Shown here piece by piece: positions 32,475 through 42,883 of a DNA stretch of 64,000 nucleotides. The stretch spans positions 384,001 to 448,000 of the forward strand of contig CAWHBU010000003.1 in the NCBI GenBank assembly GCA_963827685.1, read 5' to 3'. The stretch is from an uncultured delta proteobacterium. Lineage in GTDB: Bacteria; Desulfobacterota; BSN033; UBA1163. A model generated the notes under the pieces. The model did not search any database. It was not told the DNA's origin and saw only the letters and a program-made list of their open reading frames with translations. The stretch's first letter is position 1. Every line of letters starts with the position of its first letter. The position numbers and the translations under genes were made by a program.

Positions 32475-34208
32475 TTACTTTCTCAATCCCCAGCGCTTCT
32501 TTTTCTGCTCCTCAGTCATATCGAGCGCCAGAGTTCCGCCCGGGTTCATAATCTGATTCGGGTCAAAATGGTTGCGCAACGCGCGGATAACATCGACCCA
32601 GTGCTCGCCCACCTGTTCTTCAAACCAGGGTGCGGTCTGCTTCCCGATCCCATGATGATGGCTCACTGCCGCACCTGCCTTCAGGATAGCTTCCAGTATG
32701 CCGTACTGCAGGGTAAGGTATTCGTTGATATCTTCGATCCTGGCGACAAAGATGAAATAAAGGTTAGCACCCTGAGGATACGCGTGCGACAGATGGCTCA
32801 TACAGATAGTATGCGGCCGGCTCTTAACAAAAGAGCGCACCTTTTCATGTACGTCAGCCATTTGTGACCAGGTGACCGCGCATTCCAAGGTATCGATCAT
32901 AATGCCGTAATCCATGAGATCCTCGCGCATGAAGGGATCGGTGAAACGGCTGCGTTCCCATGCCTGTGCGACCCTGAAGGGTGTCAGCGTGAAGGGATGG
33001 TATCTCTTGCATATCTGTCTGACCTTCTTGGCTGCTAACCGGGTGAAATCCGAATCGCCGTCTACAGTCCCCAGAAGCAAGCAGCGCTGCATGGGCTGAT
33101 AGTCGAGCCACCGCAGCAGCGTATCCGCAGGCGTCCCATGAACGTGGTATGTACGCATGGCCACATCCGTCTCTTCCTGATCGGAAAGGCGGAAAATCGA
33201 AGGATAACCGAATTCGGCCTGCATGATCTCACGGCAAGCGTTGCGGGCATCTTCCCAGTTCTTGAACAGGTAGCTGAAGCGCCGGGTATTTTCCGGAGTA
33301 TAGCGACAGACCTTCAGGGTGACGTTAATCAAGAGACCGAAGGTGCCCTCGCTGCCGATCATGATTTGATCGAAATCCGGGCCGGTAGCACTCCGGGGGT
33401 ATTCGGGCGTTCTAAATACGCCGATGGGGGTCACATACTCCTGGGCAATCACCATGTCCTCAATCTTGCCGTAGTAAGTGGAGTTCTGGCCGGCGCCGCG
33501 CGTCACCACCCAGCCGCCTACGCTGGAATGGTCGAAGGATTGGGGGAAGTGTCCGCATGTATAGCGCCTTCTGGCTGCCAGTATCTTTGGGGCATTGTTC
33601 AGGATCCGCTCCAGCTCGGGGCCCCATATGCCTGCCTGTACGGTGACTGTCTGGTTGGCCTCATTGAACGCCACTACTTTATTCAAGTGGACACTCATAT
33701 CGAGGCTGGCTCCTCCCTTGACTGCCTCCTTGCCTCGAGTGACGGATGAGCCACCGCCGTTCACATAGACGGGGATTCGATGTTCATGACAGTAGCGTAC
33801 GATTGCTTCTACGTCCTGCTGGCTGCGCGGGCAAAGGACCGCGTCAGCGATGTTTTCCACAACCCTGTGACGTAAGCGCAGGGCATCGATCGTGCCGGCG
33901 CCGTAAGAAGCGCGTGTGCGGCTGTAAGTATCCGTAAAGAGGTTTTCTCCGCCCACAATCAGGCGCAGTGCCTTAATATGCTCTTCTGACAATCTCGGTG
34001 GAATCTCGACATCGAATGGTTCCATCGAGAGTTTGGGCTTTTTAAAATCATCGTCGCTCATAGCGAGGGCTTCTTTTAACAGCCTGAAGAGGCCACGATT
34101 GGGATGCTTAAAGCCCTTTGGATCGCCGTATTTGATAAGGCTCCGGTAGGACTTGGGTGGAGCCTCTTGCTCGCACCACTGAGGGTAAAACTCGTCCTTT
34201 TTTGCCAT
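32475..34208 (-). CDS. FAD-linked oxidoreductase, alkyl-DHAP synthase (AGPS) family
   Basis: GHFPQSFDHSSVGGWVVTRGAGQNSTYYGKIED, GSEGTFG, SHHHGIGK. Confidence 0.85.
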   Translation of the reverse strand: MAKKDEFYPQWCEQEAPPKSYRSLIKYGDPKGFKHPNRGLFRLLKEALAMSDDDFKKPKLSMEPFDVEIPPRLSEEHIKALRLIVGGENLFTDTYSRTRASYGAGTIDALRLRHRVVENIADAVLCPRSQQDVEAIVRYCHEHRIPVYVNGGGSSVTRGKEAVKGGASLDMSVHLNKVVAFNEANQTVTVQAGIWGPELERILNNAPKILAARRRYTCGHFPQSFDHSSVGGWVVTRGAGQNSTYYGKIEDMVIAQEYVTPIGVFRTPEYPRSATGPDFDQIMIGSEGTFGLLINVTLKVCRYTPENTRRFSYLFKNWEDARNACREIMQAEFGYPSIFRLSDQEETDVAMRTYHVHGTPADTLLRWLDYQPMQRCLLLGTVDGDSDFTRLAAKKVRQICKRYHPFTLTPFRVAQAWERSRFTDPFMREDLMDYGIMIDTLECAVTWSQMADVHEKVRSFVKSRPHTICMSHLSHAYPQGANLYFIFVARIEDINEYLTLQYGILEAILKAGAAVSHHHGIGKQTAPWFEEQVGEHWVDVIRALRNHFDPNQIMNPGGTLALDMTEEQKKKRWGLRK

Positions 34209-34331
34209 CTTCACCTCCCAGATGCGATCAGCGTCCTTTCGCTACAGCATGTTATTGTATTCGATCAACTTGGAAAACCTAAGGTTACTCAGAAACCCGC
34301 TCCGAATCACCTCTGATCAATGCGGAGGCTT

Positions 34332-35918
34332 CTATCCCGGCTTCGTGCTGTAATACCTTTGCCAGGTCTGAAGGTACGCGGCCTCCTCTTGCTGCCAGCG
34401 CTCATCGCTCCATTCAAGTTCAGGCTGGACGATGGTACGGATGCGGCCAAGGAGGTCACCAGCACCGAGGGGTAAAAGCAGACCGAGGCGTACCCTTCGC
34501 AGAAGCAAGTCGTCCAAGTGTTCCACGCCTTCCTCGCGTGCCGCCCAGCGCAGCTCCGCCCATACGTTAGGAAGCTGCCCGATGGGTTCCAGCTCCCCTT
34601 GTTTAGCCGCCGTCAGAAGCCGCGAAGTTTCGTTTCCATGGCGGCCTGCCAGGTAAGCAAGGCGCGAGGGCTCAAGAGAGAACGACGAGAGGTTTGGCAG
34701 CGGGTCGAAGATATGTTCGCGGGTAGCCACCTGCGGCTTACCAAGTCGTGCCAACACCCTATTCATTGTCTGCCCGGACATCACGCGAAAGGTGGTATAC
34801 TTGCCTCCGGTGATCGTGATCAGGCCGTTCTCTTCCCACAGGGCATGGGCGCGCGATTCTTTAGAAGGGGTTGCCGCGCCGGTATGAATCACCGGGCGGA
34901 GGCCCGAGAAGGAGGACACGATATCCTTTTCGCTTAAACCGAGGCTCGGGAACAGGAGCGAGAGTGCTTCCATCATGTAGCTAATCTCTTCCTCGCTGGC
35001 GAAAGGTTCGAGGTATCTCTTGTCAAGAGTAGGATCGTGGTCAATATCGGTGGTGCCAATGATGGTAGTTCCTTCCCAGGGTATGACGAACATGGCGCGG
35101 CCGTCTCGCGGATGGAAGAGGGTCAGCGCCTGGTCGACAGGAAGCTTGGCTCGTCCAAATACAAGATGGCTTCCGCGCAGCCTGCGCAATCGCGCGGGGT
35201 GTCCTAACTGGTTACGAACCTCGTCGGACCAGGCCCCGGAGGCATTAACCACAACCTTTGCTTTCACCTCGACAGTATTTCTACCCGGAGATGCCCTATC
35301 TCTAAGCAGAGCCCCGCAAACCTGGCCATCACCGGTTCTTAATAGTCTCTCTGCCCTGGTGTAGTTTAGTGCTACACCACCTGCTTGGACTGCCTCACGC
35401 AAAACACGCAATAAAACGCGGGCGTCGTCCATGGCCGCGTCGTAGTACTGGAAACCTCCAACGAGTCCGTTCGCATTCAGGAATGGGCAGGCTTCCAACA
35501 GTTTGATCAGGCTGTACCTGTGGTGGTTCCACTTCGGCGCCAGCAAATCATAAATCATCACGCCTAAACCGAGCTTCCAGGAAGGGAAATGATAGCGCTC
35601 GAAGTTCGGCAGCAGGAAGCTGAGGGGAGTGACCAGATTTGGCGCTTCACGGAGCATCCACTCCCGTTCACGCACGGATTCCTTGGTGACGTTTATCTGC
35701 TTGTTGCGCAGGTAGCGAAAGCCGCCGTGAATCAGTTTGGATGAACGGCTGGAAGTGCCAAAGGCGAAGTCGTTCGCTTCGACAAGCAGAGCCTTCAGCC
35801 CTGCTGCCACCGCCTGGCGCAGTACTCCGGCACCGGTGATACCGCCCCCAATAATGATCAGATCCCATGGTTGATCAATCGCGGACCAGATGTGGTCGCG
35901 CCACCCTTTGTGCCACAT
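34332..35918 (-). CDS. FAD-dependent glycerol-3-phosphate dehydrogenase/oxidase family
   Basis: IIGGGITGAG, GTSSRSSKLIHGGFRYL, GTTD, GGKYTT; start reassigned to ATG 35918. Confidence 0.88.
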   Translation of the reverse strand: MWHKGWRDHIWSAIDQPWDLIIIGGGITGAGVLRQAVAAGLKALLVEANDFAFGTSSRSSKLIHGGFRYLRNKQINVTKESVREREWMLREAPNLVTPLSFLLPNFERYHFPSWKLGLGVMIYDLLAPKWNHHRYSLIKLLEACPFLNANGLVGGFQYYDAAMDDARVLLRVLREAVQAGGVALNYTRAERLLRTGDGQVCGALLRDRASPGRNTVEVKAKVVVNASGAWSDEVRNQLGHPARLRRLRGSHLVFGRAKLPVDQALTLFHPRDGRAMFVIPWEGTTIIGTTDIDHDPTLDKRYLEPFASEEEISYMMEALSLLFPSLGLSEKDIVSSFSGLRPVIHTGAATPSKESRAHALWEENGLITITGGKYTTFRVMSGQTMNRVLARLGKPQVATREHIFDPLPNLSSFSLEPSRLAYLAGRHGNETSRLLTAAKQGELEPIGQLPNVWAELRWAAREEGVEHLDDLLLRRVRLGLLLPLGAGDLLGRIRTIVQPELEWSDERWQQEEAAYLQTWQRYYSTKPG

Positions 35919-36484
35919 CGAAGACTCCTTTTGAAAAAGCACTGTCTTGGATTGCGAGTCAGCCCTATATGCGGGACTCCTCGATATGCCATCCTTATTC
36001 CCGTTAAGAGGGAGAAATCCATTCGTGTTAGATAGTGATTTTAGCTTATTCCTATAGACACAGATTGTCAATCGCATAAGGCATAAGAATCAAATACTAT
36101 GCTTATCGCATCGATCTGTGACCTCACTCCGTCGACTATCGCTTGAAATGCTGCACTGTGTGGTGGGATTTAAGAATCACAAGATAGGCAGAATCCAAGA
36201 AGCGCCTGTTTGTTACCTACAGCGCCTACGAATCATTGCTGCAAATCATATTCCACAATCGAACATTACGGATTGAAATGTTGAATCATAAGACGAAGCT
36301 GTAAAGACAATATTTCAGGAAGCAACATTCTCCCTGAAGGCACTTCATGGTTCCAGAGGTTGGCACCATATTTGGTATGGTTTGTCATCTGGGGTATCAA
36401 CTTTTATCAAATCTAATATTTTTGAATCCCTGCCTGCGGCAGGTAGGGCAGCCGGGTGCTGTCTTCAATGTGCGATGTTCTGAT

Positions 36485-37264
36485 TCATCTTTTCTTTTTC
36501 TTTTGGTTTCTGTCATAGATAATTCTTAGACCTTCGAGGGTCAGAAATTCATTGACCTCATCGATCGTTTCTGATTCATTACCAATCAGTTCTGCCAGTC
36601 CCCCTGTTGCAATCACTTTGGGATTTGATCTCACCTCTTTCTTCATTCTTCTGACAATCTCGTCGACGAGGCCTACATAGCCGAAAAAGATACCGGACTG
36701 CATACTGTGAACGGTATTCTTTCCGATGACCTTTTTCGGTTTTACGATCTCTACTCGTGGCAGTTTGGAAGTCCTCTGAAACAATGCTTCTGCCGAAATC
36801 CCAATCCCCGGTGCGATGGCGCCACCCATATATTCACCTCTGGGGGAGACATAATCGAAGGTAGTCGCTGTCCCAAAGTCCACGACGATCAGACTCTTCT
36901 TATGTCGCTCGTAGGCGGCGACAGCATTGACGATCCGGTCTGCTCCCACCTCCAGAGGATTCTCGTAGGCGATGACCATTCCCGTATCAACGCCCGGTCC
37001 AACGATCAGCGGCTCGACATGAAAATATTTTTCAGCCATCCCCTGCAGCATGTCCAAAACCGGAGGGACCACCGAGGAGATGATCAACCCTTCGAAATCT
37101 CCCATATTAAGCTGATCGAATTGGAACAGATCCCGAAACATGATTCCCCATTCATCAGCCGTCTTTCCCTTTTCTGTCCAAATCCGCCAATGATCGACCA
37201 AGACCTCCCCATCATAAACTCCCAAGACCGTATTCGTATTCCCAACGTCAATGACAAGCAGCAT
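36485..37264 (-). CDS. coaX: Type III pantothenate kinase
   Basis: [29 protein letters not shown]. Confidence 0.95.
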   Translation of the reverse strand: MLLVIDVGNTNTVLGVYDGEVLVDHWRIWTEKGKTADEWGIMFRDLFQFDQLNMGDFEGLIISSVVPPVLDMLQGMAEKYFHVEPLIVGPGVDTGMVIAYENPLEVGADRIVNAVAAYERHKKSLIVVDFGTATTFDYVSPRGEYMGGAIAPGIGISAEALFQRTSKLPRVEIVKPKKVIGKNTVHSMQSGIFFGYVGLVDEIVRRMKKEVRSNPKVIATGGLAELIGNESETIDEVNEFLTLEGLRIIYDRNQKKKKR

Positions 37265-37326
37265 AGAACCTCCTTTTTCGTGTCCGTGTCTCGTGTCGCG
37301 TGTCCGAAACTCATAACTCATAATTC

Positions 37327-38310
37327 TTAACTCTTAACTTTTTCTTTATAATCAATATCTCCTGCCACCACTCTTCGTCGTTTCCCATTCCCTATTTCTA
37401 AGATCAAAGCTCCATCTGAATCCACATCGATCGCAACGCCGGCCACTGTCTCCCCAAAGGAAGTGACTTTGACTTGTCTCCCCTTGATGTGAGCCCGATC
37501 TCTCCAAGCCTTCAGAACAACGGCGCCGCCTCCCTCCAAGAAGATCGAATACCATGTTTCCAGTTCTTGCAAAAATAATTGCAGAAAAGTTTTTCTCGAA
37601 ACCGTCTGACCCATTTCTATTTTTAACGAGGTGGCGATACCACGAATCTCGTTTGAAAACATCTTCTCGTCCGTATTGAGGTTGACACCGATCCCGAGGA
37701 TCACAAAATGGATGCGGTCCATCTCCGAATGGATCTCATTGAGGAGCCCGGCTACTTTTCGATTTCGGAGAAGGATATCATTGGGCCATTTGATCAATGG
37801 ACGGAGTCCGGAAAACTTCTGGATGGTGTCTGCTGTAGCGACGGCCGCCATCAGGGTGTTAAGGGAGGCTTGATGGGGTGAGATCTTTGGCCGAAGGATG
37901 ACAGAAAGATAAAGATTTAGATAAGGAGGAGAAAACCATTGCCTTCCCAGCCTCCCCCTTCCCTTTTCCTGCGACTCCGAGACGACCACCTCTCCTTCCT
38001 CAGCACCATTCAGGGCCAATTGGTAGGCTTTCGAATTGGTGGAATCAAGGGTCTGAAAATAATGGATCGTCTTTCCCATCCACTTCGTCCTCAGAAGGGG
38101 TTTGACCTCCGACGGAGTGAGAAGGTCCGGTGATTGAATCAAACGGTACCCTGATCGTGTCGAAGCCTCAATCTCATAGCCCACCGTCCTAAGCCGCTCT
38201 ATTCTCTTCCACACGGCCGTGCGGCTAACTTTTAAACGACGGCTGATCTCTTCACCCGAAAGAAAGGCTGAGGAATGATCTCTAAGGAGTTGAAGGATTT
38301 CTTCATCCAT
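37327..38310 (-). CDS. birA: Bifunctional biotin--ACC ligase / repressor
   Basis: N-terminal HTH ([18 protein letters not shown]), [20 protein letters not shown]. Confidence 0.95.
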   Translation of the reverse strand: MDEEILQLLRDHSSAFLSGEEISRRLKVSRTAVWKRIERLRTVGYEIEASTRSGYRLIQSPDLLTPSEVKPLLRTKWMGKTIHYFQTLDSTNSKAYQLALNGAEEGEVVVSESQEKGRGRLGRQWFSPPYLNLYLSVILRPKISPHQASLNTLMAAVATADTIQKFSGLRPLIKWPNDILLRNRKVAGLLNEIHSEMDRIHFVILGIGVNLNTDEKMFSNEIRGIATSLKIEMGQTVSRKTFLQLFLQELETWYSIFLEGGGAVVLKAWRDRAHIKGRQVKVTSFGETVAGVAIDVDSDGALILEIGNGKRRRVVAGDIDYKEKVKS

Positions 38311-38429
38311 GATTGATCCCTAAGGGTTCAAGGGGTCGAGAGTTCCAGGATTCGAGGAAATGCGAGAAAAGATTTTTGCTTGACCGCTAGACCCCTTGAA
38401 TCCTTGACCCCTTTTAACCCGTCCTGTTT

Positions 38430-40469
38430 TTACGAAATCACTTTGTCATAGCGGGAAAATTGCATGGAGAAGGTTCCTCTTCCCTGGGTGAGGGATCTCA
38501 AATCGGTTGAGTAACCGAACATTCGAGTCAGGGGAGAGATGGCTTTGATCAGGGTGACCTTACCTTTTGGGGCAATGGCTTCGACAGAACTTTTTCTTGC
38601 CTTCAAATCCCCTACGACTTCCCCCATGAACTCTTCAGGAACAATAATATTGACCTCCATCATCGGTTCCATCAGGACAGGTTGGGCCTTTCGGCAACCT
38701 TCTCGCAAGGCGTTGGAAGAGGCAACCTTGAGAGCGAGCATGGATGGATGATCCGAATCAATATTCGCTTTTAACAAAGTGACCCGCAGATCTGTCATGG
38801 GATAACCCAAAATCACTCCCACCGTTGAGGACTCTCGAATGCCTTCTTCAACAGAGAGAAGCCCTTCGGCTGGCAGGGCTCCCTCCGGTACTTCCGAGTG
38901 GAACTCAATTCCCTTTCCCCGTCCATTGGGTGAAATCCGTAAAAAGACTTCTGCAAAATGTTTGACCTCATCCATCTCTTTCATAAATTTGGCTGAGGCC
39001 TCTACCTGCTTTTCTATGGTCTCCCGATAGACAACCTGAGGTCTTCCCACATTCACTTCCAAATGGTATTCGGTCAGGAGGCGATTGACCACCACATCCA
39101 GATGCAACTCCCCCATCCCTGAGAGGATGATCTGACCCGTATCTTCATCAAACCTGACATGGAAAGTGGGATCTTCTTCACTCAGCTTCTCAAGAGATTC
39201 GGTCAGTTTCTCTTGATCTTTGCTTGTTCTGGATTCCACAGCAATGGACATGACAGGTTTATAAAAATCGATGGGCTCAAGAAGAATCGCGTGACTCCGA
39301 TCGCAGAGGGTGTCTCCTGTGGTGGTTTCTTTCAATCCCATGACCGCCACGATCTCTCCTGCCTTTGCTTCTTCCACCCGGGTGCGCTGGTGGGCATGCA
39401 TCTGAAAGATTCTTGAAATCTTCTCACCCCTCTTCAGGCGCGGGTTATAAACCTCCGTTCCCACTTTGAGCACACCGGAGTAAATCCGGATATAGATCAA
39501 TTTCCTGCCCTCATCCATCATCACCTTGAAGGCTAAGGCGCTGAATGACTCTTCGTCCTTAGCCATTCTGATCTCCCCTTCTCCTGTCACAGGGTTTGTC
39601 CCTGCCACCGGTGGGATATCGAGGGGAGAAGGAAGATAGTCCACAATCGCATCCATGAGGGGCTGAATCCCCTGATTTCTCAATGCCGCACCACAGAGGA
39701 CCGGCACGGCTTTCATCGAGATGGTGGCTCTTCGCAGGCCTGCTTTCATTTCAGATTCTGAAATCTCTTCCCCGTTAACATATTTTTCCGTCAGCTGTTC
39801 GTCTAACTCGGCGATGGATTCGATCAGCTTGGAACGATGAAGGAAGGCTTCTTTCTCCATTTCTTTTGGAATAGATATTTCTTTGAATTCAGTACCTAGA
39901 CTATGCTCATCCCAAGCAATTCCTTTGGACCGAATAAGATCGATCACTCCGATAAACCGATCTTCCGCACCAATGGGAATCTGTGTGATCAGGGGATTGG
40001 CTCCCAGGCGCTCAACCATCATCTTCACTGTTCCAAAGAAATCCGATCCGATTCGATCCATCTTATTGACGAAGGCCATTTTCGGAACCCGATACTTGTC
40101 TGCCTGGTGCCATACGGTCTCGGATTGGGGTTCCACTCCTTCGACTGCACTGAAGATCGCGATCGTGCCGTCCAAAACCCGGAGCGAGCGTTCCACTTCA
40201 ATGGTGAAGTCCACATGACCGGGGGTATCGATGATATGAATGGTGTTCCCTTTCCATTCGACCGTCGTGACAGCAGAGGTGATAGTAATTCCCCTTTCCT
40301 GCTCCTGTTGCATCCAATCCATGGTGGCTGTCCCATCATCCACCTCTCCCATGCGGTGGGTCTTCTTCGTGTAAAAAAGGACCCTTTCCGTGACGGTGGT
40401 CTTTCCCGCATCGATGTGGGCCATGAAGCCAATATTTCTGGTTCGGGCGAGCCTTTTTTCTCCGGCCAT
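38430..40469 (-). CDS. fusA: Elongation factor G paralog (outside str operon)
   Basis: [42 protein letters not shown]. Confidence 0.92.
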   Translation of the reverse strand: MAGEKRLARTRNIGFMAHIDAGKTTVTERVLFYTKKTHRMGEVDDGTATMDWMQQEQERGITITSAVTTVEWKGNTIHIIDTPGHVDFTIEVERSLRVLDGTIAIFSAVEGVEPQSETVWHQADKYRVPKMAFVNKMDRIGSDFFGTVKMMVERLGANPLITQIPIGAEDRFIGVIDLIRSKGIAWDEHSLGTEFKEISIPKEMEKEAFLHRSKLIESIAELDEQLTEKYVNGEEISESEMKAGLRRATISMKAVPVLCGAALRNQGIQPLMDAIVDYLPSPLDIPPVAGTNPVTGEGEIRMAKDEESFSALAFKVMMDEGRKLIYIRIYSGVLKVGTEVYNPRLKRGEKISRIFQMHAHQRTRVEEAKAGEIVAVMGLKETTTGDTLCDRSHAILLEPIDFYKPVMSIAVESRTSKDQEKLTESLEKLSEEDPTFHVRFDEDTGQIILSGMGELHLDVVVNRLLTEYHLEVNVGRPQVVYRETIEKQVEASAKFMKEMDEVKHFAEVFLRISPNGRGKGIEFHSEVPEGALPAEGLLSVEEGIRESSTVGVILGYPMTDLRVTLLKANIDSDHPSMLALKVASSNALREGCRKAQPVLMEPMMEVNIIVPEEFMGEVVGDLKARKSSVEAIAPKGKVTLIKAISPLTRMFGYSTDLRSLTQGRGTFSMQFSRYDKVIS

Positions 40470-40746
40470 CTCTCTTCTCTATATTTGTACGAAAATATAT
40501 CTTGGCAATATTAAAGAGATTTTTATGAAAAGTCAACCCTTCGACTGGTTGTCTTCGACGGGTTGTGCACATTGGTTCCAACACCCATACGGAATCCCCC
40601 GGGAATGCATGGAGCCAGTTGTTCATCGATTTAAAACAGCCTCATGAAGCCCCGAAAAGGGGTCCCCTGAGGTAACAAGAACCATCCATTCCCCTCAGCC
40701 CAGAAGGGATAAGGAAGAATCGGGGGTAAGCTGGGCCAGATCCTCC

Positions 40747-40779
40747 TTGACAGACCTGCTGTTTTATGTTCTATATAAT
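40747..40779 (+). promoter_or_regulatory. Sigma-70 promoter of leader/aminotransferase transcript
   Basis: TTGACA at 40747 followed by TG..CTATATAAT region. Confidence 0.55.
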
Positions 40780-40798
40780 ACCAGTTGGGGAGATAAAA

Positions 40799-40843
40799 AT
40801 GTTTAACTTTTATTTTTTTTATTTCGTTGGCCGTCACCCATAA
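40799..40843 (+). CDS. Phe/Tyr-rich attenuator leader peptide MFNFYFFYFVGRHP
   Basis: GGGGAG RBS, ATG 40799, 7 of codons 2-9 are Phe (5) or Tyr (2), TAA 40841-40843. Confidence 0.85.
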   Translation: MFNFYFFYFVGRHP

Positions 40844-40866
40844 ATCCAATCCCGATGACGGGATGG

Positions 40867-40902
40867 AAGCCATGGGTGACTCTTAAGGCCCCATGGCTTT
40901 TT
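40867..40902 (+). terminator. Attenuator intrinsic terminator
   Basis: AAGCCATGGG ... CCCATGGCTT stem followed by T run; its 5' arm ATGGGTGAC can alternatively pair with GTCACCCAT (40833-40841). Confidence 0.85.
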
Positions 40903-40983
40903 CATTTTTAGTAGCCATAGGGGCAACCCTGTGGCTTTTTTATGTTTTGAGGCAGAGGGGATTAAGAAAGGAGAATTTCAGAC

Positions 40984-42177
40984 ATGGCCATTTCAAAGAA
41001 AGTGAAGAATTCATTGAATAATGCCTCCTGGGTGAGGCGGATGTTTGAAGAGGGGGAAGAGTTAAAACGAATTTATGGTGAGGAAAACGTTTATGATTTC
41101 TCTCTCGGAAACCCAAACCTCGAACCTCCTGCTTCGCTGAAGAGGGCATTGAAAGCCCTTGTCGATCGTCCCATCCCAGGCATGCATCGATACATGCCGA
41201 ACTCCGGTTATAGCGATACGAGAAAGACCATCGCCGAATATCTGAAAGAAGAATCAGGGCTTCCTTTCGATGAAAAGCATGTCGTGATGACCGTGGGTGC
41301 TGCCGGTGGACTCAATGTTGTCTTAAAGTCAATCTTAGATGAGGGGGAAGAGGTCATCGTCCCTTCCCCTTATTTTATGGAATTCAAATTTTACATCGAG
41401 AATAGTGGGGGTGAAATCCGATTGGTCGAAACCAATGGTGATTTCTCGCTCAACCTTTCGGAGATTGAGAAGGCGATTGGAGTGAAGACCAAAGCCATCC
41501 TGATCAATTCACCTAATAATCCCACGGGCGTTGTTTATGACCAAGCCTCTTTTGAAAAATTGGGGGGGGTGTTAAAGAGGAAAAGTCAGGAGATAGGGAA
41601 AACCCTCTACCTCATCACGGATGAAGCCTATAGACGAATCGTCTACGATCAGATCAAGCTTCCCATCATCTTTCGTCACTACCCCCATACGATTCGTGTC
41701 ACCTCTCATTCCAAGGATCTTTCTCTCCCTGGAGAAAGGATCGGTTATGTCGCGGTCAGTCCCCTTTGTGAAGAAGTCGACGAGCTGATCTCCGCGATGG
41801 TCTTTGCTAACCGAATTCTCGGTTTTGTCAATGCCCCGGCATTGATGCAGAGGTTAGTGGCTCCCCTCCAAAAGAACTCGGTCAACGTCAGAGAATATGA
41901 AGAAAGGCGGGATTTCTTTTACAATTCTTTAACCACCTTTGGCTATGAAGTGGTTAAACCTCAAGGGGCTTTCTACCTCTTTCCCAAAGCTCCCATTGAA
42001 GACGATGTGGCCTTCGTCAAAGAGCTTCAATCAAAAAGGATCCTGACTGTTCCGGGGAGGGGTTTTGGAAAACCCGGTTATTTCAGAATTGCCTATGCGG
42101 TCGATAAGAGTGTGATTGAAGGAGCACTTCCCGGGTTCAAAGAGGTGGCAGAAAAATACAGGGCTTGGAAAAGATGA
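40984..42177 (+). CDS. Class I PLP aminotransferase (aspartate / probable aromatic or prephenate aminotransferase)
   Basis: DFSLGNP, NSPNNPTG, DEAY, SHSKDLSLPGERIGY, GYFRIAY. Confidence 0.9.
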   Translation: MAISKKVKNSLNNASWVRRMFEEGEELKRIYGEENVYDFSLGNPNLEPPASLKRALKALVDRPIPGMHRYMPNSGYSDTRKTIAEYLKEESGLPFDEKHVVMTVGAAGGLNVVLKSILDEGEEVIVPSPYFMEFKFYIENSGGEIRLVETNGDFSLNLSEIEKAIGVKTKAILINSPNNPTGVVYDQASFEKLGGVLKRKSQEIGKTLYLITDEAYRRIVYDQIKLPIIFRHYPHTIRVTSHSKDLSLPGERIGYVAVSPLCEEVDELISAMVFANRILGFVNAPALMQRLVAPLQKNSVNVREYEERRDFFYNSLTTFGYEVVKPQGAFYLFPKAPIEDDVAFVKELQSKRILTVPGRGFGKPGYFRIAYAVDKSVIEGALPGFKEVAEKYRAWKR

Positions 42178-42368
42178 ACTGACTCTTGTCCATCACTCCC
42201 CATTTCCTACTTCCCATTTTATGTTTCAAGAACTCCCAAAGGGGCCTCCACTTAATGGATATGATCAACTATTTTTGAGACAAAAAAGGGCACATTTTCC
42301 CCCCTATCAAGAATCTTCATTTTTTGAAAAACCTTGCAAAATCCAATAGGTTCGACGAATACCTTCCT

Positions 42369-42385
42369 TTGGCACTGTATTTGCT
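42369..42385 (+). promoter_or_regulatory. Sigma-54 promoter
   Basis: TTGGCACTGTATTTGCT matches TGGCAC-N5-TTGC. Confidence 0.85.
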
Positions 42386-42415
42386 CGATAAGAATATATT
42401 CTCTATACATATTGG

Positions 42416-42632
42416 GCGATAAAGCCAAACTCCGAGCAATCGGAAGACGTCTGCCCGCCGTAATTGGTAGACGGTCCAGTCTTCCAAAGATGGAGTAGGC
42501 GGGGAAAGCCGCGCCTGTGTGCCGAAACGGAATACCGCATGTGGGAGTCCCTCTAAGCCGAAATGCCTACCTACCGTTTGCAGGCACTAAGGCGTGCGGG
42601 CACGGGTCCCCTTGGGATAGCCTGGTTGCCGA
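42416..42632 (+). ncRNA. c-di-GMP-I (GEMM) riboswitch aptamer interrupted by two insertions
   Basis: After removing 42450-42503 and about 42514-42604: CGATAAAGCCAAACTCCGAGCAATCGGAAGACG-GAAAGCCGCG-GGTCCCCTTGGGATAGCCTGGTTGCCGA, matching GEMM landmarks. Confidence 0.8.
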
Positions 42633-42661
42633 GGCAACAGATATTACAGATATCAGCGAAA

Positions 42662-42695
42662 GGGCCTGTGGTCTAAATCAACCATGGCCTTTTTT
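42662..42695 (+). terminator. Intrinsic terminator, probable riboswitch expression platform
   Basis: GGCCTGTGGT-loop-ACCATGGCC followed by T6. Confidence 0.7.
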
Positions 42696-42883
42696 ACATT
42701 CATGAAATGGAAGAGTTTATCCCTTCAAGAACAGCCCTAACCGTCTCAGAAGATGAATGACAGGGGGGCGAGAATCTCGAACCACAGTTCTTTGACGAGG
42801 TCGCTTTCTCTGGGGCGGATTAAATGACAGGAGACTATTGGGCGACCTATCCCAAGAGCGGGGTATCTTAAGGTGCCGAAAGC

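Noticed and set aside
40520-40740. Possible gene remnant between fusA paralog and the attenuator promoter
   Set aside because: No frame gives a recognisable family
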